In this document: one piece after another, positions 1 to 14,350 of the stretch
How positions within the stretch are numbered: position 1 is the first letter of the stretch
Layout of the letters: the number at the start of each line of letters is the position of its first letter
Assembly: GCF_964204645.1 (NCBI RefSeq)
Contig: NC_134029.1
Coordinates: 20,144,950-20,208,949 of the forward strand
Length of the DNA stretch: 64,000 nt
Source of the DNA: Tubulanus polymorphus
Taxonomy: Eukaryota > Animalia > Nemertea
Reading direction: 5' to 3'
The notes under the pieces: generated by a model
Databases searched by the model: none
Told to the model about the DNA's origin: nothing
The model's input: only the letters and a program-made list of their open reading frames with translations
Translations under genes and position numbers: made by a program

Positions 1-2288
1 TTTAATTTCATCTCGGTTGATCTCGGTTCATCTCGATAAAATACATCATCTCGGTAATAAGGATGACCCTTTGGAATTGCTTATGAAATGTGAATTTTAT
101 TGTCTCTTACACTGTATTCCGGGTGAACTGAAGTATGAAGAGATGGCAGACTATTTAACGACTGCTTTCACATTGGTAACTGAAATATCTGACAGCTGCC
201 AATGTCTGTGACACTTTTTATCTCAGCGACGACACTTAAATATAATATGTTAATATGAGTACCCGGGGTGTTCTTATGCCTGGAGAAATTAATCTCTCTA
301 TAAGAGCGAGCTGTGGTTTATGTCTTATCGTGGAAGATCCAGATTATGACTGAAAAAGACGGGTCTGCGTTAATTAAATCATAAATAGAAACCTGCCGAT
401 GGCATTATGCATTATTAAAAACAAATAGTGATAGATGATTATGGTCTCCATGTCTGTCATCGGAACATCTTTACGACTTGACAATCTTAGCCTCAATTAT
501 ATGGTAGACCATGGATTCTAAAACGTCCATGGGTAGACCTAGGCTAAGTTGAAATTCCTATGAAGATATTAGCTGAAAGTTAACTGAGCTACGAATGTAA
601 ACAGGGCTAGCTTACTACTATAAGGCCTATCAAGCTTACAACACTGGCCTCTCCGCTAATTGACGTTCATCAGAACGCTTTGAAAGTTCTTCTTTTACGC
701 GGAAAGCAGCTAATTCGATGGATTGTGGTCGCCCTGTGTTGTCGAGAATATGAAAAAAGCAAATTGTAAGGACGTGGAAAAACGTGAAAATTCCAGAGTT
801 CGTTAATCCAGCCCCTGCGTTTGTTATATATCTGAGGTCAGTTTTCTGCCGGGAAACTGGTCGTTCTTAAGTAACAAATCGAGAGAGTAATTACCCTTCC
901 ACTGACCGCACCTTTCCTGTAAACAGTTCATCACTCGGGCTGTCTGTTTCCATGGTTACGTTGATACCGTATTGACAGTTGCGCCAAGTGAGATTTTAAC
1001 GGCGTTCCCAAATCATTTAAAAAGATATCTAACATTTAATATGGCTTTGTTGTCCTAACGATCAGATATGATTCTATTCTTTGAAAAGTCGATGTTTTTA
1101 AAGTTTTTCGATGCCTGCATTTACATGTAAGAAATGCTTGACATCTTAAAACGAATCTAATCATGTCGCGAAGATTTGAAGAACTGTTCTTCAGCGAGAA
1201 CCTTTGAGCATCATTTCTTTGTTGCGGGATCGTTGAGAATTTAACTGCATAGTTTAGCTCAGTTTGGACGGCTATCCTAGAGCCCAACGCGCATCCGATG
1301 CAGGGAAACAGGAGATGGAAACATGTTTCCTAGCGTTTCTCTGCGTCATGAGCATCTCCGAGAAATAAAAAACACGGTTTTGAGAAACGATGTTTCCAAG
1401 ATCAAACATGTTTGGTTCTACAGTGTCGGGGTTGAATTTGGCTTAGGGGATTTTCTCTTGGTTTCATCTGCTTTAGAGCCCGTTATTAAACCTTTGACTG
1501 TTCAGATTGAACTCAATCTGTTCGATTGAATCCAATCCAAGACCAAAAAGACAAAGGAATCATCTTCAGTTGATTACTGATTTTCAAAAGGTCATCAGTC
1601 GATATTATGAGAAAACTTCTGATTAATCGAGTTGAGAGTTATAGAGAACTTGCGTTTCGTGTAGTCGGTGATGAGGCCATCGGCGTCGTGTTAATTTACA
1701 GCGAGCGATTCTAATCTCGTTATTCCGAGAATCCGTCAAGGACATCGACGACGAACGAAATGGGAAACTTTTTTTCGTGTTTTGTCAGAAGAAAATATCG
1801 TCGCGGCGACCTTTCAAAATGTCGCCGGAATAATTCTCAGAAAAACATCCGCAGTTAGAGTTACATCAGAAGTCTTCGAAGTTTACGCGGTGGCGATATT
1901 ACCACTCCGTATAGGATAACAGTCACATATAAATCTGATATACGCGTTGCGCGCGGTGTTTACGGCGAACGAGTCATCTCCGATGATCCCGTTTAATTGG
2001 ATCGTTTCATATTTCGCGTCGTCGTCGTCATCGGAAAGTTCTCGTCTCTCTCTGGCTATCATGGTAAGGACATTAGCGCGCACGCGTTCGTTCGGATTTT
2101 ATATATTTAGCGAACTGTAGCGGCGAGCGTTGTCTTTCTCGCGTCATCATCATTGTCGTATTGTATAAGAAGTCATTTATGTAACGCAACCTACGTACGT
2201 ACGTACGCGCCGGGACTTGTCATTAACATCTGCAGTGGCAGGCCTATCCTCGCTCACTCGCTCGTCGTGTTGTCTTATCCTCTTACAG

Positions 2289-2445
2289 GTGTGAAAAAAA
2301 AAACATTAACGTAGCCTAATTGCAAAAAGTGGCGATGTTGTTTCTGTAGAATTCGGACGGTTTTATCTACTCGAAACGTTTATTCTATTTCAACCGATCT
2401 TAGCGGTTAGGTTTTAAGTCGATTTAAGGTATTGGCTTCAAATTG
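2289..2445 (+). other. Possible 5'UTR exon of TRMT9B
   Basis: Pyrimidine tract plus TTACAG acceptor at ~2288 and G|GTATGT donor at ~2446; no ORF. Linkage to TRMT9B is inferred only. Confidence 0.3.
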
Positions 2446-3080
2446 GTATGTTTTTATGTTAAATTATTTGTTGTTTTTTATGTTGCTAGTCCGGCGGCTT
2501 TCTGGTCGAATATGGTAAATCGACTAAAGGGCCTATAATTTTTTTGGTGAACTGTCCAATAAGTCATTCCATCTCAAACGGTTTTTCTGGACCCCGTCGT
2601 ATATGGCAACCTCGTTTTCCAATTCAAAAATATTGGTAACTGTCGGTAATTTTCGGTGTTTGTTTATTCAATAAGCTAATAAGGGACCTAAATCAGCTTA
2701 CTGTCACTTGATATCAGAGATAAATGAACCTGATATCAGAAACGAGAGTGACAAAAAAATTCTTGATTTCAAATTGACTTTTTGTAGTTTCAAGGCATAT
2801 TCGACAGTTCGCCAGAAAGTCAGCGAGTTAATCTAAAAGTATATCGGAATCAGGACATATTATATCGTATGCATTTCAATTATTTTGACAGCTTTTTGTT
2901 TTTCTCTATCGACAGACCGGTATTTGTCGTGAATTCGTAGTGTTGACCTCGGTCGTTATTGTTTACTAGTTGTTTTGTTTTAAGCCCAACGGACACGACT
3001 CATGGTAACAGACATGTTTCACCTCGGAAGTATTGTTCCCAAAACTGATTCTCGTAAACACGTATATCTTGACACAGGGA

Positions 3081-3374
3081 AACCCTTTCAGTGCGTTTAC
3101 ACCGCAGTGCGGTGTATATAACGGTGATGGAATTTGCTAGTACACCGCACTGCGATGTATTGATTTAATAAGTAATTACTAATTATCTCTCTTGAAAGAT
3201 GGCAGCACCTGTCAAACATAGTGAAATACTAGTAACTAACGATATACCGCGCCCCTGTGTAGACGCACTATAGTGGTATTCCCGTTATTCAACACACTAG
3301 GGTGGAATTTTTCAGAATTTTCAAATTATCTTCAGCACTATAGGTTATTAATTAGCCAGCACTGAAAGGGTTAA
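3081..3374. mobile_element. piggyBac-like MITE (copy 1)
   Basis: TIRs AACCCTTTCAGTGC / GCACTGAAAGGGTT, with TTAA at the right end; internal sequence matches 60066-60343. Confidence 0.7.
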
Positions 3375-3568
3375 GAAACATGTTCCTATAACTGTTTTCC
3401 TCGACGTGTGCGTTCGGCTTAGCGAGAAACATGGATTCGAGAAAACATGGTTCTGAGATCGAACACGTTTGATTCCGTGTTTCTGTGTTTCCCTGTTTCT
3501 GTATATCGTGGGCTTTAACAGTAAACAAGTTCGAGAAACGATATTCTGAGGTCGAACACGTTTCATTC

Positions 3569-3846
3569 CAGGGTCCGATCTGATATAGTATAGTATATTC
3601 TAGTATATTCTCATCAGGGCAAGTAGGTTATCATTATCACTTGTCCCCCTCCCCCCTCGGGCTAGTCCCCCCCCCCCCTAGTGCAATTTTATGTCTCAAA
3701 GCTTTTTTCCCACTGGATAAAACGGATGATAGTGCCACCAATCGGACTGCCTGAATAGGGCAAGTAGCTTTTGGTAGGGGCAAGCAAAATTTCAGATATG
3801 CTTACCCCCCCGGGCAAGTGGCTTTCATTCCTTAGATCAGACCCTG
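3569..3846. mobile_element. MITE family with CAGGGTCCGATCT TIRs (hAT-like termini)
   Basis: CAGGGTCCGATCT...AGATCAGACCCTG; internal GGGCAAGT repeats; further copies at 22914-23140 and 46884-47121. Confidence 0.75.
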
Positions 3847-4618
3847 TGATTCCGTTTTTTCATTTGTCATATGCGTTGGGTTTTATTGATGCTGAAATTT
3901 GCGTTGTCAATTGTAGGTTTAAATGAATAGATTTGATTTTCAGTATTACAATAATATTACCGGTACCTTAATGACAACAAAATATCCAGTTTTATTAGAG
4001 GAAGCTTTGTATAAATTGTTGTTAGATTGATCATTATGCCGTTGCGAGCATGTTCTGTACTGAAGAACCTTTGCGAGGAATTGAAATCCGTGCTTTTGTT
4101 GTTTGTTATTCTGAAATCGTGGCCACACGTAGAGGTAGCCGACTGAAATTGAAATCATGCTCAAATAGTAGATATTGTTTATCGTCGTCTATTGCGAATT
4201 AGAATAATTCGTATAAATCCCGTTATTTCTGTTTGAACCATGCATTGTTCGGTGTTCGTGGTGAATTAATTATCGGACAATCCCTTGAGGGCTTCTAATC
4301 TTCTAATTCCCTAAAAGGTCTTTCAATTAGGAATTCAGTAAGGTGGGTTTTGATATATTCGTCTGATCAGGCTTGCACCGATCATTTTCACGATGATTTC
4401 AATACGTAGTATAGTGGAATTAGGTACTTTACTCAAAAGGATGCCTATGATCCGCGGCTCCTTTGATTTGAGCAACATGCCAGAAGCTCCTTTAAAACTC
4501 CTTCAATTTTGAGAACTAGACAGTTGGAGATTTTAGAAATAGTACATAAATAGGTATATGAAAGTGATACAAATGCTTCCTCGAAGAAACTTTCTCCTTT
4601 GAAACTCCTTGTATCCAG

Positions 4619-4937
4619 GGACCGGCTGTGGCTGAGTGTTTCCAGCGTTTGACTATGGGAAGCCAGGTCGTGGGTTCGAACCCTGTACGTTACCATAGTG
4701 TCCTCGGGCAAGACATTTATCCTCATTGCCTCGCCCCACCCAGGAGTAAATGGGTACCTGGCCTGATAGATGATGCCTCCCTGAGCGCTTGTTAGCAGCT
4801 CGGTGTTAATTCTCCCCAGCGAGAGATGACCGATACATGTTAGAGTATTAAATGGCTTGGGTAGTAATACCGAAACATATAAAGCACTCTGAATTTGCTG
4901 GATTTAACGCTATATAAGACACATATTATCATTACAC
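4619..4937 (+). mobile_element. tRNA-derived SINE with conserved central domain (CORE/Deu/Nin-like)
   Basis: A box TGGCTGAGTG and B box GGTTCGAACCC, followed by GTGTCCTCGGGCAAGACATTT...CCACCCAGGAGTAAATGGGTACC and an L2-like tail GCTATATAAG...TATTATCATTAC. Confidence 0.8.
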
Positions 4938-5445
4938 AGTTCAAGCTTGGTATAAATTGTGTTTCTACGATTTTTCCCTTCTTGATATAACATTGATTAA
5001 CGTCTATTTGAGGTTCGCTCGCCGCAGCCGCTATTGAACGCACATTTTTTGTCCCCGCGGGACAATATGGCCCGACTCACTCGGGTTACTACCGCCCGTG
5101 AACGTCGTATTTTTTTTTATCGGCTTAAAACGTCAACGGGATTCATCTGCATTCGCGATTAGTCGGCGTGATCTTATTACGCTGGTTATAATGAAGTGCT
5201 GCTAAGTTGATTTGTTGTGTATGAATGATGTTATTTCGATCCCGCGGGTGTCTGTACACACACATACGCACATACGCGCGCGCCCGGTGGTGTCTCGACG
5301 GTGCCCGGTGTAAACGTTCACTCTGTCTCGGTAAATTCGCGCCTGTAATTTATCAGGCTGCAGCGATGTTATTTCGACTATAAATCACGCTCTTCCCGTC
5401 GTCGTTTGATAATAAAATCATATCTCTAGGATTCTTTACGCGTGT

Positions 5446-6220
5446 CGGCCGCTTACCTGGAAATCAGCGAAAAATCGGGGATTTTGAAAAAATTCTGTTT
5501 ATTGAATTGCTTGCATTTCATCGATTTATCACCCATGAAATTCGAGGTCGTGTAACTGGGCGTCCATTTATCCGGAAATCAGGGGATAGTTAGTTGAAAA
5601 TTTGTTAAGGTAGTTAGATTGCACGTATAATCAAACTAAGGCGGCCACGTACCTGGAAATCAGGGAAAATTCGGGGAATTTTCTATTGATTGAAGTAGTC
5701 TGGGAATTTTGCAAAAAAAGCTAAAAACCAGGGAAAAAGTCGGAGATATTTGTTGAGATTGCGCGTAAAATCAAACAGTTTCCGTCTGTGTCTTGCATAT
5801 TTGACTGTGTTAATTGATTGGATTTTTAGCAGATCAAGTCAGGAAAAACAACGTGCATGTCAGGGAATAGCCGGGGTAAAAAGCAAGTCAAACAAAAGCG
5901 GCCACCCTGTCAAACAGTTTCCGTCTATGTTTGACGTAGATGTATTTGACTTGAGTTCGGTTGGATTCTGAGCGGGTAAAGTCCAGGAAAACAACGTGCA
6001 TGTCAGGAAATAGCCAGGGAGAAGTCAGGGAAAAAGCAAGTCAAATAGAAGTGGCCACCCTGTCAAACAGTTTCTGTCTATGTCTTATATCGTTGTTATA
6101 AGACATAGACACTCACTGTGTTAATCGATTGGGTGAAGAGTGAGTTAAGTCAGGGGACACAACTTTTAATGTCAGGGAATAGTCCCGGAAAAAGCAAGTC
6201 GAATAAAAGTGGCCATCGTG
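5446..6220. mobile_element. Cluster of nested/partial CAGGGTGGCCAC-TIR MITE copies
   Basis: Repeated GGCCACNTACCTGGAAATCAGGG...AAGCAAGTCAAATAAAAGTGGCCACCCTG; same family as 8200-8446, 8647-8920, 47168-47445, 49594-49711, 60933-61211. Confidence 0.75.
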
Positions 6221-6338
6221 TCAAACAGCCACAGCTGTATGGTTAATGTCTATATATTTGTTTTTTTCTCGTATCATTTTAAAGATCGCAGTGCGCAGAC
6301 GTCGTCGTGATGAACAATGATAGTTGACGGTAGTCGCG

Positions 6339-9300
6339 ATGGACAGGGAGACGGTATCGGTCGCCCTCGAACAGAGGTACGTCCACGACGTTTACAGCCG
6401 TATCGCGCCGCACTGCTGTCGCACGCATCATAAAGCATGGCCTCGTGTCCGACAATTCCTCGAAGATCTCCGACCGGGATCTCTCGTCGCTGATATCGGT
6501 GAGTTTTATCGTTTTCGATCGGCCTATTTCAATTACGTCGCGGTATAACGCTTTAAAGGGACCATTTCTACCACGTGGCAACGTTTGGTATCCAAAATTA
6601 ATTTTTTCGATGATTTATGTTGTGGGATAGGATAAGTGCCCTGGTCTTAAATGATGGGACTAGTCTCACCTTTGCCTTACAAAAGCGCTTACTAAGTGCT
6701 TACTTTCATTATTAAAAAAATGGCTTTCTCACTCAGACTAATACTGCTATGAACCCTGTTCCATTTTATCCGATCACTGAATTACTCTTTAAGGAGCAAC
6801 TGCATTATTCAGGGTTCCTACGGGTCCTTAAATTCCTTAAATACCCTTAGATTCAGGAAATCAAAATTTCAGGGGTTAAATATTTCCACTCTAATCCCCC
6901 TTGAATTCTGAAAATTGCTTCTGTAAATTTTCTGAATTTCTGAACAAATAAGCTGGGTATTTTTTTATATTTGACGATTCTGAGAAAACCTCGACATTTT
7001 TGTTTACAGGTTGCGGTAATGGACGTTACTTAGACATCAACAAATCGGCGGCGTACATCCTCGGCTCCGACCGGTGTTCGAAGTTCGCCGAACTCGCCGG
7101 CGAAAAAGGCCACGAAACGATGGTGTGCGATAATCTACGCGTGCCGTATCGCGATTCGTCGTTCGACGCCGTCATCTCGATCGGCGTCATCCATCATTTC
7201 ACGACGACCGAACGTCGAGTCGAAGCGATCCGTGAATTAGCGCGAATACTACGCGTCGGCGGCCGATTGATGATCTGCGTCTGGGCGATGGAACAGACCC
7301 GACGAAATGTAATTATCAATCTCTCTCCTCGCTCCTCTCTCTTTTCCTCCTTTCCTCTCCACCCTCTCCCTCCTCTTTCCTCCCCTCTTCTATCTCCCTC
7401 CTCTCTCCTCCCCTCTTCTCTCTTCTCCCTCCTCTCTCCTCCCCTCTTCTCTCTTTTCCCTCCTTTCTCCCCCATTCTCTCTCCTCTCCACGTTCCTCTA
7501 TCTTCCTCCTTTCCTCTCCACCCTCTCTCTTCCCTTTCTTTCTCTCCTCGTTTTTCACTCTTCCTCCTTTCCTCTCACTTCGCGCTCCTCTCTTCCTCCT
7601 TTCTGTCCTCTCTCCCTCATCTCTCTTCCCCTTCTCTATCCTCTCTCTTATCCCTCCTTCTCTCTTCTCGCTCCTCTCTTCCTCCTTTCCACCCTCTCTC
7701 CCTCCTTTCCTCTCCAATCTCTCCCTCTTCTCTCTTCCCCCTTCTCTATCCTCTCATCTCTCCCTCTCTCCTGTCTCTCTTCTCGCGTACCCAGGATTTA
7801 TATCGTATTTCGCAAATCCACCTGCAGGGAAATTAAAATTGATTTATGTCCTGATAGGTTGTACGGCATTAATTACTACGCATAACCGGGGAAATTGATG
7901 ATATTCAGTTTTCCGCATTTCGACGACGACGTTTGAATAAACTTGGATCCGAATGTTAGAATGATGTTTATTTTTCGTTAATTACAGTTCGATGCTCAAG
8001 ATGTTTTAGTGCCGTGGAATAAAGATACGAAACGACAAAGAAAACGAGGTAACCATCTGCGCTAACGAGTTCTGTATACCCTCGAGATCCGGGGCTCGTA
8101 TTTTGAATGCTGTTTACCCGTGTGTGAAGACCCGCACAATCTGCGGTGCACTGACTTGTCCAATGATTGTGTCGTCTAAAAAGTGTCTTAAGAAGAAAAC
8201 AGGGTGGCTACCTACCCAGGAATCGTGGAAATCAGAGAAAAGTCAGGGAATTTTTTTTCAAAAAAAGCTTTAAATCAGGGAAATTTATTGAGATCGCTAG
8301 ATCGCGCGTAAAAACAAATATTATCCATCTATGTCCGTATTTGACTCTGTAAATTGATTGGATTCTCAACAGATCAAGTCAGGGAAAACGATATGCTTGT
8401 CGGGAAAATTCAGGGAAATATGATTCAAATGAAATTGGCCACCCTGGAAAATCATCAAAAGATCATTGTATTTAGTTCTAAGTGCCATGATGAAAGAAAA
8501 ATCTGTTTCGCGCAAGCTGTTTTCTATTCTTGTGTAAGATTGTTCTACTTAATAGCTGGAATTCTCGAACAGATTTTTAATTACGTCTGCTGACTATCAT
8601 AAGACTTCTCTTGACGTCTAGAAGCACTATGTAGATTAATTTGTTTGGGTGGCTACTTGCCTGGAAATCATTGAAGTCAAGAAAATTTCTCATCTTTTAA
8701 ATCTGGGAATAGTCGGGGAATTTTGTAAAAAAATCTTGGAAAACTCATGGATATTTGTTGAGATTGCTAGATCGCGCGTAAAATCCAAAAGTTTCCGTCT
8801 ACGTCTTTCGTAATTGATTGCGTTAATTGATTGAATTGTTAGTTGATCAAGTCAGGGAAAATAACGTACATGTCAGGGAATAGTCGGGGAAAAGCAAGTC
8901 AAATAAAAGTGGCCACACTGACCTACTTGTCATGAAATTCCCTCGGAAGTAGGATTCAACGGATGATGGATTAATTTCTATTTTTTCTCATTCATAGCTC
9001 GGTCAAAAACGAGAAGATTACAACACGCCAGCAGTAGTTCGCTGAGCGAAGATGAAAACCTTTCCGACGCCGTATCGTTAGACTCCGAGCCGGCCGCGCG
9101 TCGAAACGGCGACTCGAAGAAACAAACGCACAAAAACACGATCAGGAACCTGTTCGAAAAAATCGCCGATCTTGTCGAGAAAGCTCAGAGCGTCGACGGC
9201 GATACGTCGTCTCCCGTTCTGAAAGCGTCATCGCCGCCGCCGCCAAGTCCGACCGAATCTCACGAACGTATCCGACAACAAACGCTCGAAAACAAGACGA

Positions 9301-10487
9301 ACGCCCCCTATTCCCCGATTCGTTATTCCCCGCAAAAATCTCCCGTGCTGCCGCCGATGTTGTCCGACGCGACGGCTGATAGCGTTCCGCGCCGCGTTCG
9401 TAAAACGTCGCGCGATTACGACGAAAAGCGCAACAATTCGCTGCCGGACGTGTTCCGCGGCGGAAACATTTTCAATTTCATCAGCTCGAAATTCACGAAC
9501 CGAAAATCGACGAGCGAAGAGAACGTCGTCGTCGTCGATAAGGACAACGCGTATAGAAATCTGATCAATCATATCATCGAGAAGGAGCCGCATATTTTCG
9601 AGGCGAATAATTTATCGTCGTATCGCGATTTATCTCGAGAGGGCGATGGCATCGGCGGCGGTATCGAGGAGTTCGACTTTCAGGTGCGCGAATTCCCGCA
9701 GAGCAGTCGCCCGCGTCGTCAATTGCTTAGCGATAGTGCCTTACAAACAACCGATGCAAGCAACGGTTATCACCGCGCTGATTCGATACATTCCAAACGA
9801 CGAAGCCATTCCGATCGCGTTTACGCGACGACGACGAATGGCGCCTCGTCCGTGTCGGTCGAGGATTTCTCGTCGTTCAGTATTACGGATGATGACAGCG
9901 ATAGTTTGTTCAGTAACAGTCGCCTGGGATTCGGCGAGTTTTCGACCGAACCCTCGCAGCAGCAGCCGATGATTAAACCGACCAGTTTGAATATCACTCC
10001 GTACGACGATAATGTTCCGATGGCCGCCGTTTCCGAACAAAATGGCCACCGTTGTAATAATAACAACGATCGTAGCGAAGAATCGCGATTTTCTAGTAGT
10101 AAATCTAGTCACCTATCCCTTCCGTCGCATTCTAGTCGTTTAGGTTCGGACGAGTTTTCCAGTAGTTCGTCCGACGTTCACTCAGGTAGTACGCCTAGTA
10201 GTCAAAACGAAGATCTCAAAAACGCATTTGTCGTTAGTAATCTCGCCACCACGGAATCGTCGCGTCCGGCGATCGCGAAAAGTCCCGACGTCGGAAAGAG
10301 ACGACAGTCGCGCGAGTTGAACGCCGCCGACGGTATCAAATCGCCGACGTATCATCGATACTATCACGTGTTCAGGGACGGAGAGCTGCCAAAGTTGATC
10401 GAGCGCCATGTGCCCGGTTTGGCCGTCGTGCAAGCGTATTACGACCACGCGAACTGGTGCGTTATTGCTGAAAAAATCGTCGTTTAG
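6339..10487 (+). CDS. TRMT9B: tRNA methyltransferase 9B-like (TRM9/ALKBH8-type SAM methyltransferase, ~669 aa)
   Basis: Frame-consistent GT-AG exons 6339-6498, 7010-7308, 7988-8048, 8998-10487. Motifs LEQRYVHDVYSRIAPH, AWPRVRQFL, SAM motif I VADIGCGNGRYL, FDAVISIGVIHH, VWAMEQ, QDVLVPW, a long disordered insert, and C-terminal YHRYYHVFRDGEL...YYDHANWCVIAEK, as in KIAA1456/TRMT9B. Confidence 0.93.
7320..7785 (+). repeat. (C/T)-only low-complexity polypyrimidine tract in a TRMT9B intron
   Basis: ~465 nt almost entirely C and T, with degenerate CTCT/CCTC units. Confidence 0.95.
8200..8920. mobile_element. Two CAGGGTGGCCAC-TIR MITE copies (8200-8446, 8647-8920)
   Basis: CAGGGTGGCTAC...TGGCCACCCTG termini; shared core GAGATTGCTAGATCGCGCGTAAAA. 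Confidence 0.75.
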
Positions 10488-13400
10488 CCGCACAGACGAC
10501 GATAACTATTAAATGAAACAAACACTTTTATCAGAGTACAGTTAGAGTTTAGAAAGTTTTTTAATTTTGTAGTCGGGTGGTTTTGATAACCAGCAATGCT
10601 AATAATGTATTTGTAGGATTTGAAATTCAGGACTCTTCATACGAAATTGGGTTCAAATTTTAATAGAGACGATAACTGTGCAGCAGCCATGACTAGCCCC
10701 GGTTTATACGCCGGAAGACCCTGTTTTTTAATCGAGACAATTAAGCGGGAAATACACTGACAGATCTATTTCATGTCGTTAATTTATAGCCGTTTGATGT
10801 GCAATAACATAGGGTCAAGGTCGCGTCGATAATTTGCGACCAGATGATCTGAAAAGATCTATATACGCTGGACGGCGTGTGAAGCGTGAAGCGCGATCGG
10901 TATGTTTTCAATGTGTTACATGAATGAATTTGTATGTAGTGATCGGGTACGTTTTTACGAATTGCTTGTACGCGTAGTTATTTTTAAAGAGGATAGCGAA
11001 TTTTTTATCGTAGACATCGTTTGTCATATACGGATTTATACACATGAAGCACACACTGTTGTCGTATATACAAAAGAAGCCGACACACAATAATCAATTT
11101 TTACGGTAAATGAGAATTATCAAGTTTATTTCAACGACGCTTGACCTTTTAGATTTAACGAAAGTGAAGTAAACTGATTTGAAGCGACAATGTTTATATT
11201 ATATTTAAATCGTTAAGATTGTTGTAATCAGATATTATAGCTGTCACCGATTGTTTCTTTTGTTGTAATTCGATATATAGTCTCTTTAAAACATGGCCGT
11301 CCTTTGCCTCTAAAATGATTCCGATATTTGATGCAGAAAGCAGGTTGTATTGCGAATTTCATCGTTACTTACGAGGGACCAATATAAACATGCATGCATG
11401 TCCCCAACGCGTAGGACATGTCTTTATATTGCGTATTCTTTGTACCTATGTTCTTGATTTACCTTCATTACTGGGATATCGATAATTTGTACATTCACAC
11501 AGAATTATTTAACTATTTATGATCGTTTCGACTATCACATTAAGGTAAGCACAGGGAACCTTAAATCATTGAGTGCTCTGTATGCTCTCTCCGGGGTCTC
11601 TCTAGAACGTTTTCATTCGGTAGTCAATGAATTCCAGCTCGTATGCATGGTATTTGTTGTCATATCATCGCCATATCTTGAAAAAGTATCTGGCCTCTTG
11701 ACTGTTACAATTTCCACCTGTCTGCGATCGGTTAGAAAATTACATTCCTTTAAATGGATGCACCCCAAGTGAAAGCTGACTGGTTTTTTATGGCTTTAAA
11801 ACTCAACTGCAACCATAGCCCTTTTCAAACTGCTGTCAAACATGTATGCAGAAATAGTCATGCATTAACACTCCCTTTTTACACTGGTGACTTCCAAATG
11901 TCAAATGACGTAATCTAGTGCCTATTGAGGAATGAAAGATTTTGCGTAATGTCTCTTATCGAATGAAAGTTGGCTTTTTTATTCTTCATAGCTCTGACTG
12001 TGCACGGAAAAATGATACACATCAGTATAACCATCATTCATTAAGCCATGAAACCTAGAATTAGCATTAGCGAGATAATATTATTATTCGTCTGCGTTGT
12101 TTTTGATGATTTTTGGCTTCCCCCGTTGTTCCTGCTGATCTTGTTTGTTCAGTATTACAAACCACGAGTCGTCCTTTTATCGTTACTTTTGCTTTTTATT
12201 TATTTTTTTCCTTTCGGTTACAACATCATAATAAGCGTTTTATATTAATATGTGTTTTTTATTATATTTATCTGAAACTAATAATGAAAAGTGCTTTGTT
12301 TACATTTTTGTGTACATATTTATTTATTGATGTATTTATATTTATTTCATTACTTCATCTAGCAGTCATTTTTAAATCTTTTATTGTAACTTTCTTTCCT
12401 TGTTCTTAATTGGTTATCTCCAAATCATAACTTTCATTTTCTTTGCCTTACATATTTTTGTATTTTCTCTATTGATCTATGTATTATTTCTCATATATGT
12501 TCTTATTGTTATATCATTGTATTGGGCTGCCACACTTAGGATACAGAACTATCACTTGGTTCTTTCTAGTCTATTGGGAACACCTATTTGCTTTATCTTT
12601 TTATGATTCAACACGTTTCCTTAGCATGAAGATGTTTATGAATTATGTTATGAACGTCAAATACATGATTAGTCTGTAATAGTCGGACCAGTTCCATTTC
12701 CTGCTGGTCGATGTTAGATCTGACCAATTTCTCATCTGCCGTCTGCTGTTGCTGCTGACTCGTCGTGAAGGGATTACATTTTCGATCACCTTTGACATTT
12801 CACTCTAGTCATCAGTCCGGTAATTTACAATCGTCGTCTGTCGGTTGAGTTTTAAATCAATCAGACGGGTGTGCGCATGCACGGCGATGACGAACATGTA
12901 CCACCAGCCTCGACGTAATGAGTTTATGTAACCATAGAGACTGTGTATATATACAAGATCATGGTCTGATGAGTATGTGTGCGTGTGTGTTTAGGTAACT
13001 TTGATTGATCACGATGGGACCTATTAGTTCTTGTCAGGTCACATGTTCGTTCACATGCATGATGAACGACTCCATCTATCTGTTTAATTCGTCATCTTTC
13101 GTAATTAGTGTTTCAGGTTTACATGTAATCACCTTCATCAGCTATAATACAGTACTGCCTAATATTCCACAATTTCGGCGGATTCAGAAAATATAAGAGA
13201 AATTCCTAGACTAGGTTGCTCAAAATATATACACTCCTTTACTATTGAACTTTTCATCTTTGCTTGATTTATTGCGGGATTTCTCTTTGTTTATTCATCT
13301 TACACACGGATATTGCGTAAAAGAATCATTACAAAGTTTGAACTATTTAAATCATTAAGGTCAAATTTTAAAGAATTTTTTGTTTATTTATTTAAAGAAA

Positions 13401-14350
13401 ATCTGTATTTGCTGAATCTCATATATAATGAATTGTGTTCAAAATGAATCTCGAAATCTTAGCTACTGTTCTTTTGAATAGGAAATTTTGGTTGAACATA
13501 TCCAATTTTTTGTATGTATGGATAATTAGTGAATGTTTATATAACAAGGCACAACAAATTGAAATGATTGTTTGAAGTGGTTGCAAATTGTTACAAGCAC
13601 AATGACTATATTGTACCAGAGAAAGATTTCGAAGCCAGTATTTATGTACAACAAATGTGTGTGTGTGGGTATTAGTTATAAAATGAAATAAAAAAATGTT
13701 TTAATGTATCTTAAGGGATTGGTTTTACATGTTGTACTACTTAACTACTCACTTGTCTTCCCCTATCATATCCCTTTTGTAAACAATAGGAATTGTGTTT
13801 TATTGGATAAACGTCAATAGCACTAAACCTCACCCTACTCAGACTTTCGACTAACTTGAAAAATAATATAATCATTTTTGTGCCTAGCCAACTTATTTTC
13901 CTCACTCACTTAGTGACCTTGCCCAGTTTGTCCAGTTGATGATATTGTCAGCAAGGCAATTTCCCAATTTTTGGTAAGAAAATTATACCTTATGAATGCA
14001 ATTTCAAGTTCCAGGCAATTTTTTAATGGTTGATAGACACTTACCACATAGCCATAGACCCTATCATTTGTTCCTACCGCACAAAAAAGGCTGGTATTGA
14101 ATTTTAATAACTGGACTGAGGGAAATACAATTATTATTACGGATAGCCATGAAAAGCAAAACTAAAGAAATGCAAAACAATTACGGATAGCCATGACAAT
14201 CAAAACTAATGAAATACAAAAAAATTCATCGCTTATAAAATATTTATTCCTGAACAAACAAGTTATCAGTTCATAGAAGCACACGTCTGCTATTCTATAT
14301 CCGAGTAAAGGAGTTCAAAAGTATTCCAAAATAAAAAACAAAATCGCACT

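Noticed and set aside
4619-4690. tRNA-like A and B boxes (also ~45436-45500)
   Set aside because: No complete cloverleaf; they are SINE heads or relics rather than tRNA genes.
7194-7836. Long ORFs 7316-7717(-), 7194-7475(-) and the C-terminal part of 7000-7836(+)
   Set aside because: Artefacts of the stop-free CT tract; the real exon ends at 7308.
12048-12679. Hydrophobic ORFs resembling membrane proteins
   Set aside because: T-rich low-complexity DNA between convergent 3' ends, giving F/L/I-rich translations in all frames.
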